Numbered from the stretch's first letter, positions 29,512 to 38,868 are shown. The stretch is DNA of 64,000 nucleotides from Acidobacteriota bacterium (GCA_040005235.1 JBDTZG010000004.1:150392-214391); one strand, 5' to 3'. Numbers and translations are program-made. Notes: generated by a model not told the origin, from the sequence alone.

Positions 29512-31719
29512 ATGATCCCGTCCAGATTTCTCACCCGTAGCGCTCTCGCCTTCGCCTTGCTGGTCGGCGGCTGCGCGGGCGGTCCGCAGGCGACCTCCGC
29601 TCCGACGGCTGCGCGGACGATCTCCCACGCTCCCGCAGCTGCTCCAGCCGCCGCGGCCTCCCGCTTCGTCGGTCCGGAATCCCGGCGCGAAGACAGAGTA
29701 GAGGTGCAGCATGGCGTGCCGGTGGCCGACCCGTACCGCTGGCTCGAAGATCCCGACTCGGCGGAGACGGCCGCCTGGGTCGCGGCCGAGAACAAGGTTA
29801 CGTACTCCTATTTGGAGAAGATCCCGGCGCGGGCCGAAATCAAGAGTCGTCTCACCGAGCTGTGGAACTACGCCAAGTTCGGCATCCCGGAAAAGCAGGG
29901 CGGGCGCTACTTCTTCACCGAGAACGACGGGCTCCGGAACCAGGCTCCCGTCTACGTGCTCGATTCGCTGGCCGGCGAGCCGCGACTGCTGCTCGATCCG
30001 AACACGCTGTCGGCCGACGGCACGGTGGCGCTGGCCGATGCGGCCTACAGCCGCGACGGCAAGCGGATGGCCTACGGCCTCTCGGCGGCCGGCTCGGATT
30101 GGGAAAACTGGAAAGTGCGCGACGTCGACACCGGCGCCGACCTGTCGGACGAGCTGCACTGGGTGAAGTTTTCCGGCGCGGCCTGGACCGCCGACAGCGC
30201 GGGTTTCTACTATTGCCGTTACGACGAGCCGAAAGCTGGGGGAGAGCTCGAAGACGCGAACTACTTCCAAAAGGTTTTCTATCACCGGATCGGCACGCCG
30301 CAGTCCGCGGATCGGCTGGCGTTCGACCGGCCGGACCAGAAGGATCTCGGCTTCTATCCCCTGGTCACCGATGACGGGCGCTATCTCGTCCTCGGGATTT
30401 CGCGCGGCACGGAGGTCAAGAACGGTTTCTATTACCAGGACCTTTCGGATCCCGCTTCGCCGGTCGTCCGGCTGCTCGACACGTTCGATGCGCAATACAG
30501 CTTCCTGGGCAACGACGGCCCCGTCTTCTGGTTCGCGACCACTCTCGACGCGCCGCGATCCCGGGTGATCGCGATCGACATTCGTCATCCGGAGCGGGGG
30601 AGCTGGAAAGAGCTGATCCCCGAACGGGCCGACACGCTCCAAACCGCCCACGCGATCGGCAACGGTTTCGTCGGCACCTATCTGCACGACGCCGCCTCGC
30701 GCGTCGAGGTGTTCGATCGCGAGGGCAAATCGGTGCGCACCGTGGCGCTGCCGGGCCTCGCGACGGTCGACGGTTTCAGAGGCCAGGTCGGCGATCTCGA
30801 GACGTTCTACTCGATGGTCAGCTACAACCGCCCTTCGACCGTCTTCCGCTACGACATTTCGACGGGGGCGAGCACCACCTTCCGCCAGCCGAAGCTCGGA
30901 TTCGATCCGGAAGCCTACGAAACCCGGCAGGTCTTCTACACCAGCAAGGACGGCACCCGGGTGCCGATGTTCCTTACCGGCAAGAAGGGGTGGAGCGAAC
31001 GGGGCAAGCTGCCGGTCCTGCTCTACGCCTACGGCGGGTTCGACATTTCGCTCACCCCCGGATTCAACGTCCGCAACCTGGTCTGGATGGAGCGCGGCGG
31101 GCTGCTGGCGATCCCGAGCCTTCGCGGCGGCGGCGAATACGGCGAGGAGTGGCATCTGGCCGGCGCGAAGCTCAAGAAGCAGAACGTCTTCGACGATTTC
31201 ATCGCCGCCGCCGAGTACCTGGTCAAAGAAGGCATTACGACCTCGTCCCAGCTGGTGATCAACGGGCGCAGCAACGGCGGCCTGCTGGTCGGTGCCGTCC
31301 TCACCCAACGCCCCGACCTGTTCGGCGCGGCGCTTCCAGGCGTCGGAGTGATGGACATGCTCCGCTTCCACAAATTCACGATCGGCTGGGGCTGGGTCTC
31401 CGACTACGGCTCGCCGGACGATCCGGAAGAATTCAAAGCGCTCTACGCCTATTCGCCCTACCACAACACGAAACCGGCCACCTATCCGCCGACCCTGATC
31501 ACCACCGCCGATCACGACGACCGGGTGGTCCCGGCCCACAGCTTCAAATTCGCCGCGGCGCTCCAAAACGCCCAAGGCGGCCCCGCGCCGATCCTGATCC
31601 GAATCGAAACCAAAGCCGGCCACGGCGGCGGCAAACCGACCGCCAAGCAGATCGAAGAAGCGACCGACGAGCTGGCGTTCACGATCCAGGCGCTGGGACT
31701 GCCCGGATCGGGGAAATAG
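29512..31719 (+). CDS. Prolyl oligopeptidase (S9A), probable lipoprotein
   Basis: DPYRWLE, YGGF, RGGGEYGEEWH, GRSNGG nucleophile, DHDDRV, GHG; lipobox VGGC. Confidence 0.96.
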   Translation: MIPSRFLTRSALAFALLVGGCAGGPQATSAPTAARTISHAPAAAPAAAASRFVGPESRREDRVEVQHGVPVADPYRWLEDPDSAETAAWVAAENKVTYSYLEKIPARAEIKSRLTELWNYAKFGIPEKQGGRYFFTENDGLRNQAPVYVLDSLAGEPRLLLDPNTLSADGTVALADAAYSRDGKRMAYGLSAAGSDWENWKVRDVDTGADLSDELHWVKFSGAAWTADSAGFYYCRYDEPKAGGELEDANYFQKVFYHRIGTPQSADRLAFDRPDQKDLGFYPLVTDDGRYLVLGISRGTEVKNGFYYQDLSDPASPVVRLLDTFDAQYSFLGNDGPVFWFATTLDAPRSRVIAIDIRHPERGSWKELIPERADTLQTAHAIGNGFVGTYLHDAASRVEVFDREGKSVRTVALPGLATVDGFRGQVGDLETFYSMVSYNRPSTVFRYDISTGASTTFRQPKLGFDPEAYETRQVFYTSKDGTRVPMFLTGKKGWSERGKLPVLLYAYGGFDISLTPGFNVRNLVWMERGGLLAIPSLRGGGEYGEEWHLAGAKLKKQNVFDDFIAAAEYLVKEGITTSSQLVINGRSNGGLLVGAVLTQRPDLFGAALPGVGVMDMLRFHKFTIGWGWVSDYGSPDDPEEFKALYAYSPYHNTKPATYPPTLITTADHDDRVVPAHSFKFAAALQNAQGGPAPILIRIETKAGHGGGKPTAKQIEEATDELAFTIQALGLPGSGK

Positions 31720-31739
31720 CGCGGTGCGGCCGGAGCGGC

Positions 31740-32126
31740 TTACCCCTCCCCGAGGTCCGTCTGGGAAAAATCTTGGCCTACGAACAGGAGAGGTGCCTCG
31801 GCGAGGCGAGCCGTCGCGTAGCTGATGCAGTCACCGAAGTTGAGGGCGGCAGGGTGGCGCCCCTTACCGAAGCGCAAGAAGGCCTGCGTGGCGAGCCTCC
31901 AATGCTCCTCCGAAAAAGGCAGCACCGCCACATCAAATTCTTCGAGGAATTGATCGAGAAGCGCCTGGCTGGGCTTCTTGAACCGCGCAGTCAGAACGAT
32001 GCCCGTCTCAAGGAGGGTAACGGCCGAGACACCTACCGACCTAGCAGCGAGAACGGCATCGACAAGGACATCGCACTCGGGCTCTCGCCCGAGAATCGCA
32101 ATGATCGCCGACGAATCGAGGATCAT
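31740..32126 (-). CDS. vapC: VapC PIN-domain toxin
   Basis: MILDSSAIIAIL, GKGRHPAALNFGDCISYA, LLFVGQDFSQTD. Confidence 0.93.
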   Translation of the reverse strand: MILDSSAIIAILGREPECDVLVDAVLAARSVGVSAVTLLETGIVLTARFKKPSQALLDQFLEEFDVAVLPFSEEHWRLATQAFLRFGKGRHPAALNFGDCISYATARLAEAPLLFVGQDFSQTDLGEG

Positions 32127-32395
32127 GCCCCGGTCGGCCCGTAGCCCAAGATCTCGTCTTCCTCCGCCCGACTGAGACGCCGTCCGATAGTCTCTACAGG
32201 AATTTGGGGCCAGACTTCCGTCTCCAGCCAGCGCCGGATCTGAGCCTTGCGGTCGCCCCCACGAATGACCCGCAGGGAGAGCCTCTCCTTGCGCTCTTCG
32301 AGCGCTCGGCGCACGGCGTCGGAGGGGCTTTCTCCAGTAAGCTTGGCAACCTCTTCGGCCAAACTCTCAATCTCGGGGAGTAGGTTTAGGGCCAT
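32123..32395 (-). CDS. vapB: VapB antitoxin (Rv0623/PSK-like)
   Basis: ATG 32395 after GGAGG; MALNL..EIESLAEEVAKLTGES..DAVRRALEER...EEDEILGYG; ATGA overlap with vapC. Confidence 0.88.
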   Translation of the reverse strand: MALNLLPEIESLAEEVAKLTGESPSDAVRRALEERKERLSLRVIRGGDRKAQIRRWLETEVWPQIPVETIGRRLSRAEEDEILGYGPTGA

Positions 32396-32488
32396 CGTTT
32401 GACCTCCAATCTGCGATGGTAGGAACATCGACGCCGGAGCGCAAGCCTGGGCGCGCGCGGCTCTAGCCTGGCGTTTCTCGGCGAGTAG

Positions 32489-32707
32489 GCTCAGGTGTAT
32501 GGAGGTGCCGTGAGAACCAGCATCCATATAGACGACGATTTGCTGGCCGAGGCAGCTCGCTTGAGTGGCATCAAGACCAAGAAGGATCTCGTCCATGAGG
32601 CGCTCCGGGTGTTCGTCGCCAGCAAGAAGCGCAAGAGCCTGCTCGACCTGAAAGGCAGGATTCGGTTCGCGCCCGGCTACGATCACAAGGCGCTCCGCAG
32701 CTGACCG
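32489..32707 (+). repeat. ~219-bp direct repeat, copy 1 (copy 2 at 33539-33757)
   Basis: Manual alignment at 1050-bp offset, about 13 substitutions, no gaps. Confidence 0.9.
32510..32704 (+). CDS. vapB: Orphan VapB antitoxin (RHH, DUF2191-like), copy 1
   Basis: GTG after GGAGG; MRTSIHIDDDLLAEAARLSGIKTKKDLVHEALR; 60/64 aa identical to 33560-33754; no toxin follows. Confidence 0.85.
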   Translation: MRTSIHIDDDLLAEAARLSGIKTKKDLVHEALRVFVASKKRKSLLDLKGRIRFAPGYDHKALRS

Positions 32708-32730
32708 CTTTTCTTTGAGGAAACACCGAA

Positions 32731-32762
32731 AGAGGCTCGCCGGGCCGAATCGGCGAGCCTCT
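32731..32762 (-). terminator. Intrinsic terminator hairpin between convergent genes
   Basis: AGAGGCTCGCCG-N8-CGGCGAGCCTCT, T-rich tail on the minus strand. Confidence 0.7.
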
Positions 32763-32817
32763 CGTTCTCAGGGGAACTTCAGGGGCGGGTTTGAGGCCTG
32801 CGGATTCGAGGCGGGAT

Positions 32818-33366
32818 CTAGAACTCGGCCTTGAGGGTCTGGGCGGTGATCGCACCACTGGCCTGGCGGGTGCCGCGGCCTTCGATTCGGGGGTGCTGGT
32901 TGCGATTGAAGGAGGTCCGTAGGGCGGCGATGTTGAGCAGATCGCCGCGGGCGCTCCAGACGGTCGCGGCGTTCACCGCAACCTTCGCACCGGTAGCGAG
33001 AGTGATCGTGTTGCCGCTGATCGCCGAGACCGCGCCGCGGAACTGGCTGCCGGCCTGGGGGGTGTCGTCGGTGCCATTGTGGTGACCGCCGCCGTTTCCA
33101 CCGCCATTCCCGCCCCCGTTGCCGCCGCCATGATCGTCGCCGGGCTCCGCTTCGCGGTTGCCGGTGAGCGCGCCGGCCGCCGGCTGGCTGGTCGATTCAC
33201 CCGTCGCGAGTGAGGACGAGGAGGAGGAGGTCGCCGAGACCGAAGAGGTATCGGAAAGGGACACCGGCTCGGTCGGGCTCGCTCCGGACTTGGAGCAGCC
33301 GACGGCGGACAGGGTGGCGAGCGAGAGCAGAAGGGCGGGAGCGAGGGTAAGGGTCTTGGGCGTCAT
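32818..33366 (-). CDS. Lipoprotein with low-complexity linker and C-terminal DUF5666-like OB domain
   Basis: ATG 33366 after AAGGAG; lipobox AVGC; Ser-rich, EPGDDHGG(GNGG)n; FRGAVSAISGNTITL...IEGRG...ITAQTLKAE. Confidence 0.75.
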   Translation of the reverse strand: MTPKTLTLAPALLLSLATLSAVGCSKSGASPTEPVSLSDTSSVSATSSSSSSLATGESTSQPAAGALTGNREAEPGDDHGGGNGGGNGGGNGGGHHNGTDDTPQAGSQFRGAVSAISGNTITLATGAKVAVNAATVWSARGDLLNIAALRTSFNRNQHPRIEGRGTRQASGAITAQTLKAEF

Positions 33367-33538
33367 GGTCGGTCTCCTTGAAGTGGCTCGAATTCGTAGG
33401 GTCGGGGGGCGATCTCGCCCGTTCCGGTTGCCGTTCATGGAGTTAAGACAGCGGCCGAGGCCTAGTGGAACAAACTCAGTGAGAAATCCAGATGGCTCGG
33501 ACCGAGTCGGCAGGCGCCTCGGTGGAGTTGAGGTGTAT

Positions 33539-33757
33539 GCTCAGGTGTATGGGGGTACCATGAGAACCAACATCCACCTAGACGACGATTTGCTGGCCGA
33601 GGCAGCTCGCTTGAGTGGCATCAAGACCAAGAAGGATCTCGTTCATGAGGCGCTCCGGGTGTTTGTCGCCAGCAAGAAGCGCAAGAGCCTGCTCGACCTG
33701 AAGGGCAGGATCCAGTTCGCGCCCGGCTACGATCACAAAGCGCTCCGCGGCTGACCG
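33539..33757 (+). repeat. ~219-bp direct repeat, copy 2
   Basis: Matches 32489-32707. Confidence 0.9.
33560..33754 (+). CDS. vapB: VapB antitoxin (RHH, DUF2191-like), copy 2
   Basis: MRTNIHLDDDLLAEAARLSG...; 2 nt upstream of vapC. Confidence 0.9.
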   Translation: MRTNIHLDDDLLAEAARLSGIKTKKDLVHEALRVFVASKKRKSLLDLKGRIQFAPGYDHKALRG

Positions 33758-34158
33758 TGATCCTCGTCGATACTTCCGTCCTGATCGGATTCTTGCGCGG
33801 ACACCGTACGCCGGCAATCGACCTGTTCGAGCAGCTCGAGCGAGAATCGATCCCCTTCTCGATTCCCTACGTGTGTCTTCAAGAGGTACTTCAAGGTGCG
33901 CGGGATCTGCGTGAATGGCGCCTCCTGGAAGAATACTTCCGCGGGTTGGATTTGGTGTCTTCGAACGATCACGGCGTTACTCACCTTGAGGCGGCACGGA
34001 TCTATTTCGACTGCCGACGAAAGGGCATCACCCTGCGAAGCACGATCGACTGTCTCATCGCCCAACTCGCGATCGAAAACCAGGCGACGCTGCTTCATGA
34101 CGACGGCGACTTTGACGAGATCTGCAAGGTGCGCCCACTCCAGGCGCTGCGGGCTTAG
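33757..34158 (+). CDS. vapC: VapC PIN-domain toxin
   Basis: MILVDTSVLIGFLRG, QEVLQG, RSTIDCLIA, LLHDDGDF. Confidence 0.93.
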   Translation: MILVDTSVLIGFLRGHRTPAIDLFEQLERESIPFSIPYVCLQEVLQGARDLREWRLLEEYFRGLDLVSSNDHGVTHLEAARIYFDCRRKGITLRSTIDCLIAQLAIENQATLLHDDGDFDEICKVRPLQALRA

Positions 34159-34236
34159 GGCGTGCCAACCAGCCTCCCGGACCGGTCGGGTATACTCCGC
34201 GCTCCGAAAAACGCGCTCCCCCGAGGCTTACCCCCC

Positions 34237-36411
34237 ATGCGATATACGAATCATCCTCTCCGCCGCTCCACCCTCGCGATCCTGGCGTTCGCCGGGTTTG
34301 CCCTGGCGTTTTCCGCCTCGGCGGCCCATGCCAAGGACCCGAAGCTGGTCATCCTCGGTTTCGACGGCGCGGATGCCGAGCTGACCCGGCAGTGGATCGC
34401 TGAGGGGAAGCTGCCGAACCTGGCGAAACTGGCGCAGCAGGGGACGTTCGCTCCGCTGCGCTCGACTATTCCCTCCCAGACCCCCGTTTCGTGGTCGACC
34501 TTCGCGACCGGGCTAAACCCGGGGCGGCACACCATCTTCGACTTTCTGAAGCGCGACGTGGCGACCTACCGGCCGAGCTTCGCGATGTACGACCAGAGGC
34601 GCGTCCCCTTCCTTTGGGGGACCAAGAACGCCCTGGGTGTCGGCTCGATCGCGGCGCTCGCGCTGTTCCTGATCACCTTCCTGCTGCTCAAACTGGTTCG
34701 CCTGCGCACTCGCGCGGCAGTGATCGTTGCCGTCGTGCTCGGCGTCCTGGCGGGCGGCGGCGGGGCTTGGGCGGCGAAGAAATACCTGCCGGTCGATCGG
34801 CCGATCGCGATCAATCGCCAGCAGGGCGAGACCTTCTGGACCACGCTCGGCAAAGCAGGGAAACGGGTACGAGTCAACCGCGTGCCCGTGACCTTCCCGC
34901 CGAAGGCGTTCGAGCATGGCGAGCTGCTGACCGGCCTGGGCACGCCCGACCTTTCGGGCCGGATCGGCAAGCCGTTCTTCTTCACCTCCGAGCTGTTCTT
35001 CACCCCCAAGGGGGGCGGCGACTTCTCGATCGACGTGGTCGAGCTGGTGGACAACAAGGGGACGATCGAGACCGAGATTCAGGGGCCGCCGAACGAGCTG
35101 TTCCCGGGCGACGGGCGCGACTACATCAAGATTCCGATGAAGCTCACCGTCGCCGATGACCGCTCGAAGCTCGACATCGAGGTTTCCGGCCAGAAACTGA
35201 GCTTGAAGCCGGGCGAGTGGAGCGACTGGGCGCGCTTCGTCTTCCCGTTCAATCCGTTGATCAAGCTGCACGGCATCGGCAAGTTCCGGCTGGTCTCGCT
35301 CGATCCGGAGGTCCGGCTCTACCTCTCGCCGATCCAGTGGGATCCCACCAACCTGCCGCCCGTCCTCGACATCACGACCCCGCGCTCCTACGCCGGCAAG
35401 CTCGCCGACCGGTTCGGGCTATTCAAGACGATCGGCTGGACGATCGACACCTGGTCGATGAACGACGGCACGATCGACGAGGGGATCTTCTTGGAGGACG
35501 TCCACAAGACCGTGGACAAGGACAAGGAGATGCTCGCCGGCATGCTCGCCGACGACGAGTGGGACGTGCTGGTCGACTATTTCGAGTTCACCGACCGGGT
35601 GCAGCACATCATGTACCGCTTCCTCGATCCCAAGCATCCGCTTTACACCGAAGAGGGCGCGAAGAAGTGGGGCGGGTCGATCCTCATGGCCTACCAGATG
35701 ATGGACGGGATCGTCGGCGACACGATGAAGAAACTCCCGCCGGACGCGAAGCTGATCGTCGTCTCCGACCACGGCTTCGCCTCGTTCCGCCGCGGCATGA
35801 ACTACAACACTTGGCTGGTGACCAACGGCTACATGGTGTTGAACGGCCAGGAGGCGGGCCGGAAGAATCTCGAAGAGCTGTTCTCCGGCCAGGGCAAGTT
35901 CTTCACCAACGTCGATTGGAGCAAGACCCGCGCGTATTACTTGGGGTTGGGCGGTATCTACATCAATCTCAAGGGACGCGAGGCGAAGGGGATCGTCGAT
36001 CCGAAAGACTCCGCCGCGCTGGTCGCCGAGATCAAGGCGAAGCTCGAAGCCTTCGTCGACGACAAGACCGGCGAAAAACCGGTCGCCCACGTCTTCACCC
36101 GTGACGAGGCGTACGGCACCTACGACCCGCTGCTGATCCCCGAGATGATTCCCTCCAACAACCGGGGCTACCGCGTCGGCTGGCAGGACAGCCTGGGTGG
36201 CATCGGCACCTCGATCGTCGAAGACAACACCCAGGTTTGGAGCGGCGACCACTGCTCGGTCTACCCGCCGCTGGTCAACGGCATCCTATTCAGCAACTTC
36301 AAGCTGAACCCGACCGACGCCTACATGGGCGACATCATGCCGACCGTGTTGGAACTGTATAAGGTGGCGCCGCCGGAGAAGCTGGACGGGAAGAGCTTGC
36401 TGCTGAAGTAG
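34237..36411 (+). CDS. Type I phosphodiesterase / nucleotide pyrophosphatase (alkaline phosphatase superfamily)
   Basis: Signal peptide; LGFDGAD, TPVSWSTFATG.NPGRH, TDRVQH, VSDHGF, SGDH. Confidence 0.9.
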   Translation: MRYTNHPLRRSTLAILAFAGFALAFSASAAHAKDPKLVILGFDGADAELTRQWIAEGKLPNLAKLAQQGTFAPLRSTIPSQTPVSWSTFATGLNPGRHTIFDFLKRDVATYRPSFAMYDQRRVPFLWGTKNALGVGSIAALALFLITFLLLKLVRLRTRAAVIVAVVLGVLAGGGGAWAAKKYLPVDRPIAINRQQGETFWTTLGKAGKRVRVNRVPVTFPPKAFEHGELLTGLGTPDLSGRIGKPFFFTSELFFTPKGGGDFSIDVVELVDNKGTIETEIQGPPNELFPGDGRDYIKIPMKLTVADDRSKLDIEVSGQKLSLKPGEWSDWARFVFPFNPLIKLHGIGKFRLVSLDPEVRLYLSPIQWDPTNLPPVLDITTPRSYAGKLADRFGLFKTIGWTIDTWSMNDGTIDEGIFLEDVHKTVDKDKEMLAGMLADDEWDVLVDYFEFTDRVQHIMYRFLDPKHPLYTEEGAKKWGGSILMAYQMMDGIVGDTMKKLPPDAKLIVVSDHGFASFRRGMNYNTWLVTNGYMVLNGQEAGRKNLEELFSGQGKFFTNVDWSKTRAYYLGLGGIYINLKGREAKGIVDPKDSAALVAEIKAKLEAFVDDKTGEKPVAHVFTRDEAYGTYDPLLIPEMIPSNNRGYRVGWQDSLGGIGTSIVEDNTQVWSGDHCSVYPPLVNGILFSNFKLNPTDAYMGDIMPTVLELYKVAPPEKLDGKSLLLK

Positions 36412-36421
36412 CATCCCCTCG

Positions 36422-37582
36422 ATGCGCCGCGCCGTCTCCTGGATTCTGCTGCTGGTCTTGGCGCTGTTCGCCTTGCCCACGCCGGGCCAGGAGCCGGCGG
36501 CTGCACCTTCGGCGGTCAAACTGCGGGAGCGCGAGCTGCAAGAGATTCGCGCGCGGATCACATCCCTTCGCGGCCGTTTGGGCGAGGTGAAGAAGCAGCA
36601 GACCGGCTTCGAAGGGGAGCTGGCGGCGACGGATCTTTCCTTGGAGCTGCAACGCGAGCGATTGGCCGAGGCGGTCGCGGCGCGCGATCTGGCCGCCCGG
36701 CGCGAGGCCGAGATCTTGGTTGAGGTGACCCGCCTGGAGGGCGAATTGGTGGCCGCCAAGCTCGCGCTCGAACGGCGGCTCGCGGGGCTTTATCGGTTCG
36801 GCCGCCAGGGCTATTTGCGCCTGATCCTCACGCTCCATCCCGATGGCCGGCTGCTCCCTTCGGTCCGCCTGCTGCGATTCTTGGCCCGGCGCGATGCCCA
36901 GGCGATCGAGCGCTACGGTGCGAGCAAAGTGGCCCTCGGGGCGGAGCGCGACCGGTTGGCGGCGGAGCGGAAAGCGAGTGAAATCTGGGTCGGGCGCGAG
37001 CAGGAGCGGCGTCGCGAGCTGATTTCTCTACGCAACCGGCGCGCCGATTTGCTCGCGCGTTCCGAGCGGGAGGGCAAAAACCTCGCAGCCGAGGCGGGGG
37101 TGCTCACCGAGAAGGGCAAGAAGCTCGCGAACCTGATCGACCTCTTGTACGGCCGCAACCAGGGGAGCGGCTCGCCCCTCGGGGCTCCCATCCAGCAGGT
37201 GCGCGGGCTGCTCGATTGGCCGGTGCGCGGCCAGGTGAAAGAGGGGTTCGGGCCGCGGCTCGACCCGCGCTACCGCACCCAGGTGCCGCACAACGGGCTC
37301 GACCTCGCGACCGAGCCCGGCAGCGAGGTGCGGGCGATCTATCCGGGCAAGGTGCTGTATGCCGCGCCGTTTCAAGGGTATGGCTGGACGGTGGTGGTGC
37401 AGCATCCCGGCCAGGTGCTGTCGCTAGCGGCGGGGATGTCGAGCCTCCGGGTGGGGCCCGGCGATATGGTATCTTTGGGCCAAGTGGTCGGCCTGTCGAC
37501 CGATGCCCTGTACTTCGAAATCCGCGCGGAAAATCACCCCGAAGATCCCATGTCCTGGCTCCGTTCCACGAGGTCCCCATGA
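36422..37582 (+). CDS. envC: Murein hydrolase activator EnvC-like (coiled coil + degenerate M23)
   Basis: Signal peptide, long coiled coil, LDWPVRG, HNGLD, HxH missing, LYFEIR..PEDP. Confidence 0.85.
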   Translation: MRRAVSWILLLVLALFALPTPGQEPAAAPSAVKLRERELQEIRARITSLRGRLGEVKKQQTGFEGELAATDLSLELQRERLAEAVAARDLAARREAEILVEVTRLEGELVAAKLALERRLAGLYRFGRQGYLRLILTLHPDGRLLPSVRLLRFLARRDAQAIERYGASKVALGAERDRLAAERKASEIWVGREQERRRELISLRNRRADLLARSEREGKNLAAEAGVLTEKGKKLANLIDLLYGRNQGSGSPLGAPIQQVRGLLDWPVRGQVKEGFGPRLDPRYRTQVPHNGLDLATEPGSEVRAIYPGKVLYAAPFQGYGWTVVVQHPGQVLSLAAGMSSLRVGPGDMVSLGQVVGLSTDALYFEIRAENHPEDPMSWLRSTRSP

Positions 37583-38760
37583 GTCGAAGCCGGATCGCTT
37601 TCGTAATCGTTTCTCTCTGCCTGGTCGTGCCGATGATGGCCGCCACGTTCCTCTATGCCGCCGACCGCGGCAAGCCGGACGAAAAGGGGGACTCCCTGTT
37701 CAAGTACATCGGCGTGTTCACCGAGGTGCTGAACCTGGTCCGCCAGACCTACGTCGACGAGACCGACATGAATACCCTGATGGCGAGCGCCCTCGATGGC
37801 ACGACCGAAGCGCTCGACGCGTTCTCCCAATACATTCCGGCGCCCGCGGTCTCCCGCTACCTGGACGTGCAGAAGGTGGGCTCCAGCCGGAGCGGCCTCC
37901 ACCTGGTCAAGGACAACGGCATCGTCTACGTCGTGGCGATCGACGCCGATGGGCCGGCGAAAAAGGCCGGCGTGCAGATCGGCGACATCGTGGTCGAAGC
38001 GGGCGGCAAGGACGCGCACCGCGCGCCGTTCTGGGAGATCGAAGAGACGCTCGCGGGGGAGCCCGGGACGAAGATCCCGCTGCGCCTGCTTCGCCTCGGG
38101 GAGACGAGGGTCGTGACCTGCGAGCTGGCGGACTTTTCGCCGCTCGCCCCGAGCCTGGAGCGGATCGAGGGTCTTCCGGTGCTGCATCTGCCGAGCTTCG
38201 GCGAGCGCACCGCCTGGGCGACCCGCGGCCTGTTGATCAAAACGAAGTCGGAAGATCGCCTGATCGTCGACCTGCGCGGTATCGCGGGCGGCGATCCGGA
38301 AGCGGCCTACGCGGTCGCGCGGCTGTTCACCCAGGGCGACCTGGGGGCTCTGGTCGGACGCAAAGGGCAGATCTCGACCTTCACCGGCAGCGAAGCGCCG
38401 GTCTGGAAGGGGAGCCGGCTGGTCGTTCTGGTCGACCGCGGCACGCTCGGCGCGGCCGAGCTGCTCACCACGGTGCTCGTCCAGAAGCTCCATGCGGAGG
38501 TGGTGGGCGAGCGGACGTTCGGCTACGCCGGCCGGCTCGCCTCGGCCGATCTGTCGAGCGGCGGCCGGTTGATCTATACCGACGCGTTTTACGCCGGCCC
38601 CGACCGCAAACCGCTCGACGCGGCGCTCCAGCCCGATGTCCAGGTGGACGAGCGGTCGCGGACGTTCGAGGACAAGGACACGCCGATCGACGACCTGATC
38701 CTGAAGCAGGGCTTGCGCCGCCTGGTGGCCGAGCCGGAAGCGGCGAAGAAAGCCGCGTAA
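37579..38760 (+). CDS. S41 (CtpA-like) carboxy-terminal protease homologue with PDZ; catalytic residues appear altered
   Basis: ATG 37579; LVRQTYVD, PDZ GPAKKAGVQIGD, IVDLRG..GG, VDRGTLGAAE, GERTFGYAG, LQPDV. Confidence 0.82.
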   Translation: MSRSRIAFVIVSLCLVVPMMAATFLYAADRGKPDEKGDSLFKYIGVFTEVLNLVRQTYVDETDMNTLMASALDGTTEALDAFSQYIPAPAVSRYLDVQKVGSSRSGLHLVKDNGIVYVVAIDADGPAKKAGVQIGDIVVEAGGKDAHRAPFWEIEETLAGEPGTKIPLRLLRLGETRVVTCELADFSPLAPSLERIEGLPVLHLPSFGERTAWATRGLLIKTKSEDRLIVDLRGIAGGDPEAAYAVARLFTQGDLGALVGRKGQISTFTGSEAPVWKGSRLVVLVDRGTLGAAELLTTVLVQKLHAEVVGERTFGYAGRLASADLSSGGRLIYTDAFYAGPDRKPLDAALQPDVQVDERSRTFEDKDTPIDDLILKQGLRRLVAEPEAAKKAA

Positions 38761-38829
38761 CGCCTCCTTGAGGAAATGGGGTCGCCTCTGAAAGGGGCCG
38801 GCCCCGGCCTCGCGATTCTGCCGGCCTCA

Positions 38830-38868
38830 TCCATCTGCGCCAACCTGCGCCAATCTGCTCCAATCTGA
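38830..38868. repeat. Four tandem ~10-bp repeats (CCAATCTGCG consensus)
   Basis: tccatctgcg ccaacctgcg ccaatctgct ccaatctga, ending at ATG 38869. Confidence 0.7.

Noticed and set aside
37200-37582. Missing HxH Zn motif in the M23 domain
   Set aside because: Expected for EnvC-type activators
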